Source of the DNA: Chitinophagales bacterium
GTDB lineage: Bacteria; Bacteroidota; Bacteroidia; Chitinophagales; UBA10324
DNA: 64,000 bases
Direction of reading: 5' to 3'
NCBI GenBank assembly: GCA_025056305.1
Contig: JANWWJ010000025.1
Location: forward strand, 57,476 to 121,475
In this document: positions 38,573 through 47,400 of the stretch, one piece after another
Layout: every line of letters begins with the position of its first letter
Numbering within the stretch: the first letter of the stretch is position 1
Notes under the pieces: generated by a model
The model's input: the letters and a program-made list of their open reading frames with translations, nothing else
Told to the model about the DNA's origin: nothing
Database searches by the model: none
Made by a program: the position numbers and the translations under genes

Positions 38573-39186
38573 TGCGGCTGATACTGATTGCCCTTTTTCC
38601 AATGACGCTCTATGGCCAACGATACGTCTATTATTTCCACGGGGCTATTGTAGAAGGAAAAGGCTCAGGAGTAGAAAGCCCTGTTTGGGGGCGGTATGAA
38701 GTGGATCAGATCGTCGAGCGCTTCAAGAATGAAGGTTTTGTCGTTTTCAGTGAAATCAGACCGGCTAATACAGAAGTGTTATCGTATGCTGCACGAATTG
38801 CTGAACAAATCAAGCAGCAGCTGGTCAATGGAACGGAAGCGAAGCACATCACCCTGATAGGCGGTTCCAAAGGAGCTGTAATTGCCATGCACGTGGCGGC
38901 ATATCTTAAAAACCCTGATCTGAATGTAGTGCTGTTAGGTGGCTGCCACGACGGCACCTTTTCTGCCTATCCCTCATTGAAATTGTACGGAAACGTCCTT
39001 TCTATTTATGAAGCCACAGATCGGGTAGCCCAATCCTGTGAACCATTGCGCAAACGCTCAGGTGAGGGCCTGAGCCGTTATAAGGAAGTAAAAATCCATA
39101 CGGGTGCCGACCACGGCTTTCAGTTTCGGCCTTATGAAGAATGGGTGCAGCCGGCGTTGCGTTGGGCCCGCGGCCTTTACGATTGA
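38572..39186 (+). CDS. Small secreted alpha/beta-hydrolase (serine hydrolase), function unknown
   Basis: Short signal MRLILIALFPMTLYGQ. Nucleophile elbow GGSKG (G-x-S-x-G), candidate acid in EATDRV and His in TGADHGF. The start ATG shares 1 nt with the mreB stop (TGATG). Confidence 0.6.
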   Translation: MRLILIALFPMTLYGQRYVYYFHGAIVEGKGSGVESPVWGRYEVDQIVERFKNEGFVVFSEIRPANTEVLSYAARIAEQIKQQLVNGTEAKHITLIGGSKGAVIAMHVAAYLKNPDLNVVLLGGCHDGTFSAYPSLKLYGNVLSIYEATDRVAQSCEPLRKRSGEGLSRYKEVKIHTGADHGFQFRPYEEWVQPALRWARGLYD

Positions 39187-39227
39187 CGTTTAGCAAAGCC
39201 GCATCTTACTTTTGGCCGAAGTTCTTC

Positions 39228-40052
39228 ATGCAACAACTCTTGCTTTTCATCCGCCATTATGCCACATGGCTGGTATTCTTGTTGCTTCAAAGTGTATGCC
39301 TGGTGTTGATTGCCAATGAATCGAGGTATCATCGCAGTGCCATCAGCAATGCCGCCATGGAATGGGTAGGGCATGCCATGACGGCATATCGGCGGGCTAT
39401 CGGCTATCTGAACTTAAGACAGGAAAATCAGCGGCTGGCAATAGAGAACAGCAAGCTTCGTACACGTTTGGCTGAGCGACTAACTGTAGCCGACACATCC
39501 TTCATAGCATTATCAGGTAAACAGATATACGAATACATCCCGGCTCGCGTGGTTCAGGTTACCACAAATGCTTCGAACAACTACCTATTGATCGACCAAG
39601 GATCGCTTGCCGGTATTGAGCCACGCATGGGCATCATTGGACCGGAAGGCGTGGTCGGTATTGTGCGCAACGTATCCCCGCATTTTGCAACAGCCTACTC
39701 ATTATTACACAAAAAAGTCTCGGTCAGCGCACGTTTGGGGGACGGCGGAGCCCGAGGAACCGTCCGATGGGATGGGCGCAGCCCTTTTTATGTAAATCTG
39801 GAAGAAATTCCGCGGCAGCAGCGGGTTATGCGTGGCGACACGGTTTTTACCAGTGGCCTTTCCCGTATTTTCCCCGACCGCATTCCGATCGGCGTCGTTG
39901 AGTCGTATTACCTTCCTGTGGGCAGCAACTTTTACCAGATCCGTGTTCGGCTGACCAGTCGCTACAGCAGTTTAGACCACGTGTACGTAGTACGCCATCT
40001 ATTCCGCAAAGAATTAGACAGCCTGGTGCAAATGCTTGAGCATGATCAGTAA
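39228..40052 (+). CDS. mreC: Rod shape-determining protein MreC
   Basis: N-terminal TM helix then a coiled coil (LNLRQENQRLAIENSKLRTRL) and a beta-rich C-terminal domain. The ATG at 39228 is preferred over the track start at 39141. Confidence 0.85.
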   Translation: MQQLLLFIRHYATWLVFLLLQSVCLVLIANESRYHRSAISNAAMEWVGHAMTAYRRAIGYLNLRQENQRLAIENSKLRTRLAERLTVADTSFIALSGKQIYEYIPARVVQVTTNASNNYLLIDQGSLAGIEPRMGIIGPEGVVGIVRNVSPHFATAYSLLHKKVSVSARLGDGGARGTVRWDGRSPFYVNLEEIPRQQRVMRGDTVFTSGLSRIFPDRIPIGVVESYYLPVGSNFYQIRVRLTSRYSSLDHVYVVRHLFRKELDSLVQMLEHDQ

Positions 40053-40566
40053 TATCTTATACCACCTCTTTCGATATTTTTTATTGGCCCTGGTACAAGT
40101 ATGGGTAATCAATAACATCGAGTTGCATGGCATTTTTCACCCGCAGATCTATCCACTGTTTGTGTTATCACTTCCGCTGAACACACCTCCATTGGCGGTG
40201 TTGCTGATCGGCTTTGCTGCGGGGTTAGGCGTGGACCTCATGATGCACACGGGTGCCCTGCACGCTTCTGCCCTTTTGGTCACTGCCCTGTTGCGCCCCT
40301 ATATACTGCACTTGCTTCGCCCGGCAGGGGGGTACCAGCCGGAAGACCGACCTACGGTATCGGCCATGGGCTTCCTCTGGTTTTTCGTGTATGCGGCAAT
40401 CTTGCTGCTGGTGCACCACACTTGGTTGTTCATCATAGAAACCCTCAGTTTTCGCCAAATGTTTTTTGTTTTAGGAAAAATCTTATTGAGTACGTTATCC
40501 GCATTGGCTATTGCCCTCATGCTTCAATATCTGTTCTTCAGCCGCCGGAAACCTCTTCCTGTCTGA
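40042..40566 (+). CDS. mreD: Rod shape-determining protein MreD
   Basis: ~175-aa polytopic membrane protein immediately after mreC, overlapping it by 11 nt from the ATG at 40042. The track start at 40036 is TTG. Confidence 0.75.
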   Translation: MISNILYHLFRYFLLALVQVWVINNIELHGIFHPQIYPLFVLSLPLNTPPLAVLLIGFAAGLGVDLMMHTGALHASALLVTALLRPYILHLLRPAGGYQPEDRPTVSAMGFLWFFVYAAILLLVHHTWLFIIETLSFRQMFFVLGKILLSTLSALAIALMLQYLFFSRRKPLPV

Positions 40567-40677
40567 ATAAATCCGGTTAAATCCTAATCAATTTAATTAT
40601 AAAAAACTTAATATAAGTCAGCACGGCCAGCGCGCCTCTCAATTCATGAGGTAAAGTGGCAATAAAAAATAAGCTTG

Positions 40678-43600
40678 TTACTTTTTCACGATCCGGTGCA
40701 GCTCATGCATTCCGCTCTGATGGAAAGTAACGGCAACCAAGTAAATACCCGGTTGTCCTTCCAGCAGAGCATCTACCTGATATTCCCCCTGCTGCAGTTC
40801 CTGACTAAACCGATATACGCTTTTCCCCAAAACATCGGTGATGTCCACCGAAACTTCCTGGGTCACAGGAGTACGTATGAGTAAATGCATGGTGCCTTCG
40901 GTCGGGTTGGGCTGAACGGTTACGTTGGGATATTGCTGATGGCTGTTATCCAGAACGATGACAGAGGAGTAGGCCACACTGCCGTCTTCGTCAACCTGTT
41001 GCAGCCGATAATAATTGAGCCGAGGCTCTGGTCTTAGGTGCAAATGCGAATATTGTTGCGGCTCAGTGGTCGTGCCCGCTCCCCAAATGATGGCTAAAGG
41101 CCTAAAATGAGTGCCTTCCAAAGAATGCTCCAGAACAAAATGGCTGTTCTGGTGTTCGGAAGCCGTGTGCCAAGATAGGAGATTACCTTCAGCTACCACT
41201 GAACCCTCGAAAGAAACCAACTCCACAGGCAAATTCAGCGAAGCCTGCGCAGTGCCAAAATCAGAAAAAGCAGTGAGCCCCGTGCGCACGACTTGATTGA
41301 CCGTACTGGCAGCACAGTTCCCCATCAAGCCCCAGCCTCCTCCTGCATTTCGCATCACCGTCCAATTAAGTGCCCCGGTGGCATTGGTATAAGTACCTGC
41401 CGTATTGTACAGCGTAATCGTGTATTGGCCGCTGGTCATAGCTGGGGTACTGGTGATGCTCCAATAACCATTGTCCAGAGCAGGCATGTTATAATTAAAC
41501 CCGCAATCATTAACACCTAATGCTGGAGGTACGATGGCATAGCTGCTGAAGCGCACCAACAAGTTGGTTACGTTGGTGGGGGAAGTAAAATTGACATTGA
41601 CGCGCTGAAAGCCCTTGCCCGAAGACGACTGGCCGACGGGGAAATTATACGAACCGGTACTGTTTACCGACCGCCGCAAATTGCCATCCACGTAACTGGA
41701 TGCACTTCCACCGTTAACTGATGTAGTAGCCGGGTTTGTCACATTAACCTCATGCGTATTGGTAGCGATACGGCCATTGGTGAGCGTAAGCGTGCCGGTC
41801 ACATTGAGATTGCCGGCAAGGTTAACACTACCCGATCCGGTCTGGTTGATCCAAACGTTGTACAAGTTTAGGGTACCCCCCGGTGTATAGGTCTGCGTTG
41901 AGGAGCCCCGGAACTCTAACGTGCCGGTACCGACATTGGTGAACGTAGTTCCGCCCGCAGCATTCGTGAAATTGCCGCTGAGCCGTATGTATTGACCGTT
42001 GGCATTAAAAATGGATGTTGCATTAGTTGTGGTAAAGTTGCCTGCTATATCCAACGGCACATTGGTAATGACCGTTCCGGTTGTTTTCGTAATGGTTACA
42101 TTTCCCAGGGCGTTGGTATTGGTGAAATTGCCATTGAGGTACTGCGTGCCGCTACCGTTAAATAAAACCGTAGAGGTGGGTGAGGCGATCAAGCTTCCGT
42201 AATTGTTGAAATTTCCGCAAATAGTCAAGGTGACTCCGGCGTTTAGTGTCAAGGAAGCCCCCGGAGCGATCGTCAGGTTACGGACCGTGGTGTTGGTTGC
42301 GAGCACTGGTTGATTTCCAGAGGGATTTATGATTGCGTCAACGCTACAGGAAGGTGGCCCTACACAGGTAGACCAGTTCCCTAACTGGACAAAATCTGTG
42401 TTCATGTAACCGATCCACGTAGCCACGTTGCCGCCAAAAGTGCACGTGGAGCTCGAGAAATCTATGGTGTATGGAGCGCCGAAACCATTCCAGTTTGTAA
42501 CGCAAAGCAGGTAAGATTCTCCTGCGGCTACTGTAAGAGGAGCCTCAAAATTTGCCGGATTCCCGCCGGGCGGTATAACGCTCTGCATGCCGGTAAGACC
42601 ACCGGCGGTGGCATTCCAGTTGCAACGCACCGGTGGCAGAAGGTTGTTGGTAATGTCGGAAACGGTGGCATTAGTAATATTCCATAAGATCCAATCATAA
42701 AAGCCAGCAGCATTAGCTGAAAAAGTCCACGCCAGTGTTCCGCCCGTACTGATGTTCAAGCGAAAGAAGGTTGGATGAATTTCTCCGTTAAGCAAGCATC
42801 CTGCATTAGGAGGATTGGGATTAACATTGGGATTTGACACCGAACCCGGAGGAGGAATTTCTGCTATGGACCCGCAACCAATCGTTCCCATCACGGAGCT
42901 AAAAACGGGAACACACATTTCAATACCTGCACGACCTTCCGTCTTGAGTCCCGTCACATTTCCCGGTGCTATATCTACAACGATACCATAGCTTCCAAAA
43001 TTCATATCGTAGCCATCCAGCCTGAGGTAATAAGTAGTACCCGGAACCAAACCTACATAGGTAGGACCAGGGCATCCTACTGTAGCACTGCTCACACATG
43101 AGCCCGCAACAGCGGTTGGCGCATTGCATGAGCCCGTATAAAGTTCAATTTGGGCCTGAAGCAGAGTACCGCTCATAAAGCCAACATGAACCTGTCCGGA
43201 CGAGGGTGCCGTAAACGAGTACCAGACGGTATTCAATGAGCCTGTTATCCAGCATAGGCCACCAGCACCTTCCCCTGCACCGGTAGCCAAAGAATTGTCA
43301 TCAGCAAAAGGTCGGCCCATCTGTAACGGGATAGCTCCGCACGCATTATCGTTAGGAATAGCAGAAGCAGGGGCAGTAATGGTTAAATCGTAAGTAGCAC
43401 AGCCATATAATCCATCAATCAAAATATAGTAATTGGAGTCAGCGACTACGTTGAAGGAAACGTTTTTATCGGCCGCCTGGTTTTGATTGTATGCCAGCGG
43501 TATGCTTACCCCGCACGTAAGCGATGAAACCGGACAATTCCTGTAAACCATGATTGCTGAGTGCGGGTTGCTGCAATTGCGCAGTTGTGCGGTAACAATT

Positions 43601-44382
43601 CCTGCAGAGGGGGCCTTGAAATGATAAACCACTTCCTCGCTGGCCAAGTAGCTGGCGCTTCCATTCACCACAGTGTTGGCACTGGTCAGATCATTAAGCT
43701 GCCCGCAGCTCGTAGTGTTAATGATGGTATAGGGCAATGTGCTGATGGAGACAAAACCTGTTCCTACTTGAGAGCCACATCCAGAGCTTACCAGCGAAAC
43801 GTCATCGATAGCAGCAGCGGGATTGTTGGATGTGGTGTTGTTGGTCCAGGTAAAGATCAAGCGATAGGTACCGGGGGCTACGTTGCATTTGTTGAAAGTA
43901 AATGTTGTCCAGGAAGGATAATTGTATAAACCTGTCGGAGGTGTTAAGATTTCTGCTGGAGCTACGGGAGCCGAACCTGCTGTAGGGGTGTAGGTGCTTG
44001 GGGCCAAATACACCCGTATGTGCGAGCCACTGTTTCCCTGAACCTTCAAACGAAACGATAAAGCCAGATTAGGCTCAGAAGCAGTTACGGTAAAATTAGC
44101 GCTGTAAACATGGATGACTGTACTGAAGGTGGCGTAATTGTTGTTGGTGCACGCGTTGGTGGAGGAAACGTACATGCACCGCGCACCTGTATAACCTGTT
44201 ATAGTACCGTTAGCAGTGCCGGCACACCAAAAATTAAATGGGGAATTTACTGCCGTCCAACCATTAGCACTTAGGGTGGTACCGTTTTCCAAGCCCCCAT
44301 TGCCATTGGGGTCTATCAACACTGCAGCACGAAGAGCACTTGCAAGAAAAATAAGCCCCACACACCACAGCTTCCGCATCAT
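40678..44382 (-). CDS. Giant T9SS cargo protein (~1234 aa), paralogue 1: N-terminal jelly-roll (GGxENG..W), two Cys-rich PPC-like modules, Cys-rich domain, parallel-beta-helix-like repeats, LPVELVSF domain, type-A CTD
   Basis: Signal MMRKLWCVGLIFLASALRA from the ATG at 44382; the track start at 44400 is TTG. CTD VQPNPTEGTMHLLI...GIYLVAV. Colinear with the upstream 1504-aa ORF. Confidence 0.8.
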   Translation of the reverse strand: MMRKLWCVGLIFLASALRAAVLIDPNGNGGLENGTTLSANGWTAVNSPFNFWCAGTANGTITGYTGARCMYVSSTNACTNNNYATFSTVIHVYSANFTVTASEPNLALSFRLKVQGNSGSHIRVYLAPSTYTPTAGSAPVAPAEILTPPTGLYNYPSWTTFTFNKCNVAPGTYRLIFTWTNNTTSNNPAAAIDDVSLVSSGCGSQVGTGFVSISTLPYTIINTTSCGQLNDLTSANTVVNGSASYLASEEVVYHFKAPSAGIVTAQLRNCSNPHSAIMVYRNCPVSSLTCGVSIPLAYNQNQAADKNVSFNVVADSNYYILIDGLYGCATYDLTITAPASAIPNDNACGAIPLQMGRPFADDNSLATGAGEGAGGLCWITGSLNTVWYSFTAPSSGQVHVGFMSGTLLQAQIELYTGSCNAPTAVAGSCVSSATVGCPGPTYVGLVPGTTYYLRLDGYDMNFGSYGIVVDIAPGNVTGLKTEGRAGIEMCVPVFSSVMGTIGCGSIAEIPPPGSVSNPNVNPNPPNAGCLLNGEIHPTFFRLNISTGGTLAWTFSANAAGFYDWILWNITNATVSDITNNLLPPVRCNWNATAGGLTGMQSVIPPGGNPANFEAPLTVAAGESYLLCVTNWNGFGAPYTIDFSSSTCTFGGNVATWIGYMNTDFVQLGNWSTCVGPPSCSVDAIINPSGNQPVLATNTTVRNLTIAPGASLTLNAGVTLTICGNFNNYGSLIASPTSTVLFNGSGTQYLNGNFTNTNALGNVTITKTTGTVITNVPLDIAGNFTTTNATSIFNANGQYIRLSGNFTNAAGGTTFTNVGTGTLEFRGSSTQTYTPGGTLNLYNVWINQTGSGSVNLAGNLNVTGTLTLTNGRIATNTHEVNVTNPATTSVNGGSASSYVDGNLRRSVNSTGSYNFPVGQSSSGKGFQRVNVNFTSPTNVTNLLVRFSSYAIVPPALGVNDCGFNYNMPALDNGYWSITSTPAMTSGQYTITLYNTAGTYTNATGALNWTVMRNAGGGWGLMGNCAASTVNQVVRTGLTAFSDFGTAQASLNLPVELVSFEGSVVAEGNLLSWHTASEHQNSHFVLEHSLEGTHFRPLAIIWGAGTTTEPQQYSHLHLRPEPRLNYYRLQQVDEDGSVAYSSVIVLDNSHQQYPNVTVQPNPTEGTMHLLIRTPVTQEVSVDITDVLGKSVYRFSQELQQGEYQVDALLEGQPGIYLVAVTFHQSGMHELHRIVKK

Positions 44383-44425
44383 CGCTAGAGCTCTTGCCAA
44401 CTGAACAAAAGCGAAATTCAGTGAA

Positions 44426-44433
44426 CAAAGCTA
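44426..44433 (-). promoter_or_regulatory. Candidate -7 box TAGCTTTG (minus strand) in the 60-nt gap between the two giant paralogues
   Basis: Exact TAnnTTTG match 44 nt upstream of the ATG at 44382. It suggests the downstream paralogue can be transcribed on its own. Confidence 0.3.
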
Positions 44434-44442
44434 AGAAACTTC

Positions 44443-47400
44443 CTATTGTAAGACCAGCTTAGCCAACACTAATTGATCGCGTTCTGTCGCACGCAAACAC
44501 AGCTGATAAATGCCCGCAGGAAGTCCTTTTAAGCTTGCCCGGTAATCAACTACACCGGTGGCCTTTATCTTGTCGCTGATCACTGTCTTACCGAACAGAT
44601 CAGTAATTTCCAAAAGCACGTGTCCTTCGTATTCTTTGTGCAAGGTGATGGTAAGGTCTCCCGAGGTGGGATTTGGTGACAATTGCAACAAAGCCAAGGG
44701 CTTCATCTTGGTCTCTAAGACAATGACATGAGAATACGTTACATGGCCGGAGAAGTCTTCCTGTTGCAGACGATAATAATTATTACCGGCCAAGGGTTGA
44801 CGATCCCAGAAGGTATAGTCGTTCTGTTGGGTAGAGGTACCTTGACCTCTAACGGTACCTATACGGCTGAACACATGACCATCCGAAGAACGCTCAATAT
44901 GGAAGTAGGCGTTGTTTTCCTCGGATAATGTTTGCCATTGCAGGAGATTTCCGTCCTCATACACAGATCCGGTAAAAGACACCAGCTCTACAGGAAGATT
45001 TGTAGAGGATTGAGCCGTACCAAAGTCGCTGAAGCCAACGAGGCCTGTTCGCACTACTTGACCGATGGTACTGGTGGCACAGGTGCCGTTTAGATGCCAA
45101 CCCGTGCCATTGTTTTTCATAACGGTCCACTGAGTTGCACCACCATTGTTGGTATAGGTGCCTGCTGTGTTGAACAGCGTTACCGTGTAAGCCCCTGAAG
45201 TCATCGGCGCACTGCTTACGGCCGTCCAATAGCCATTGTTGAGTGCTTGCATGTTGTAATTGTAGCCACAGTCGGAGACGTTAAGAGGCCCAGGTACGGT
45301 GACATAAGGCTGGAAGCTGACCAACAAATTGGCAAAGCTTACCGCTGAAGTAAAGTTGAAATTGATCTTTTGAAATCCTTTGCCAGAGGAATGATGGCCT
45401 ACGGGGAAATCATAAGATCCCGTAGCGGCAATGTTGCGCCGCAGGTATCCATCCACATAACTGGCAGTGCTGCCTCCCGTGATAGCAGTGGTGGATGTGT
45501 TGCTTACATGGACTTCATTAAGTCCCGTAGTAATTCGGCCACTGGTTAGCGTGAGGTTGGAAGTCACGTTTAAATTGCCGTAAAGCACAACAGCGGTACC
45601 GGCAGGCTTGTCTATGACAACCGTGCCTATGTTGATGGTACCCCCCGGACTGTAATTCTGATTGTTTGCTCCATTAAACGTGATAGTGCTGCTGCCTGTG
45701 CCCGTCAGGGTCGTTGCCCCTGAATGGATTGTGACGTTTCCACCAATCTTGAGGTTTTTATTGTTAAGGTTAATGACACTGGTCGCATTGGATGTGGTCA
45801 AATTGCCGGCAATTTCCATATCCTGCATGATATCGACTGTTCCGGAGGTCTTGGTTACGACCACGTTACCCAGTTTGCTGGTGCCGCTGAAGTTGCCGGT
45901 AACCGCCTGCGCTCCAGTACCGATGAACTGTATTGTAGAAGAGGGCGAGGCTATAATGGTTCCGTTATTGGTGAGATTTCCGCAAATGCTGAGGGTGACG
46001 CCAGCATTAATGGTGAGGGTTGCCCCAGGTTCAATGGTGAGGTTACGCACCGTCGCATTGCTGCCAATGATGGGCTGATTTGCCGCCACGTCAATGATTG
46101 CATCGATTCCGCACGATGGAGTACCACACCCCGCCCAATTGGCCGTCTGATTCCACGCTGTTCCTACGGCTCCGGTCCACACCGCAGTTGTACTACTTCC
46201 GATCACGCACGTCGAATTACTGAAATCAAGATTGTAAGCAGGAATTACATAGCTCCAATTGGAAATACCCAGGATGTAAGTCTGACCTGCCGTAACGTTG
46301 AGCGGCTGTTCGAAATTACCCGGCACTCCACCAGGGGGAACGGTACTTTGCATACCTGTCATGCCAATGGACGAAGCATTCCAATTACAACGTACCGGTG
46401 GCAGCGTGTTGTTTTTTATACCGGCACAACCTTGAGTGGTGATATCCCATAAAAGCCAATCAAAAAATCCAGTTCCTGTACCACTCAAGGTCCAGGCCAA
46501 TGTCCCGCTGGTTTGGATTTGCAGTTTGAAAAAACGTACATTCAGCTCCCCACTGAGCCAACACCCCCAATTGCTTGAAGCTGGGTTTGTGCACGGATTG
46601 CTTACGGTACAGGTTCCCGTTACATCTTGAATGTTACCACAACCATTTGAATTGTCGGCATTGGTGAACGTAGTACCACATACGTCCAATGCACCTTCGC
46701 AGTCGGCTGAAGTGGGCGTAAAGGGCCCCGTACCATTGTCTACGACAATTTGATAATAACCTACGGCATCGCCAGAACCATCCAAACGCAGGTAATAGGT
46801 GGCCCCCGGAGTAAGACCCGTGAACAGGGCACCGGGGCATGCCAAGGTAGTACTGTTGGCACAACTGATGTAAGTCAGGCTGTTACATGAACCGCCATAT
46901 AGTTGAATAGCTGCGTTGACAAGGCTGCCGTTTTGGAAGCCCACTTTCACCGATGAGGAGGGGGCTACGAAAGAATACCACACCGTATTTAAGGCACCTC
47001 CTCCAAAGCAATTGGTATTCGAAGGCTCGCCGGTACCACTGCTGCAGGAGTTGTTGCCTGCCGTAAGCACACCAATAGGTAGATTGATGGCATTGCAGGG
47101 CAAATCGTTGGGCTGACCCGAACCCATGGAGATTACACTCAAATCGTAGGTGATAGCACTGGGCGGAGCCCATGAATCAACAATAATGTAATAAGTGCCG
47201 GGCCCCGGCAAGCTTACTTGTCTGGTGCCGGGCCCACCAAACCAACCCAAACAAATCCCGGTACCCGTACCCGGACAAGCACTATAAACCATGAAGCCGC
47301 CAAAGTTGCTACTCATATTGGACAGCGTGACTGAAATACATTCAGCACTGGTGGTAGTGTAGGCATATACCCGATCTTCACCAGATTCGTAGATACTTCC

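Noticed and set aside
45662-46452. Long antisense ORFs (138 aa and 242 aa) inside the 1504-aa cargo gene
   Set aside because: They lie opposite the N/T/G/S/V-rich beta-helix-like repeat region, whose codons rarely create antisense stops. The translated products are low-complexity with no signal or motif. The sense-strand protein has clear domain structure and a paralogue.
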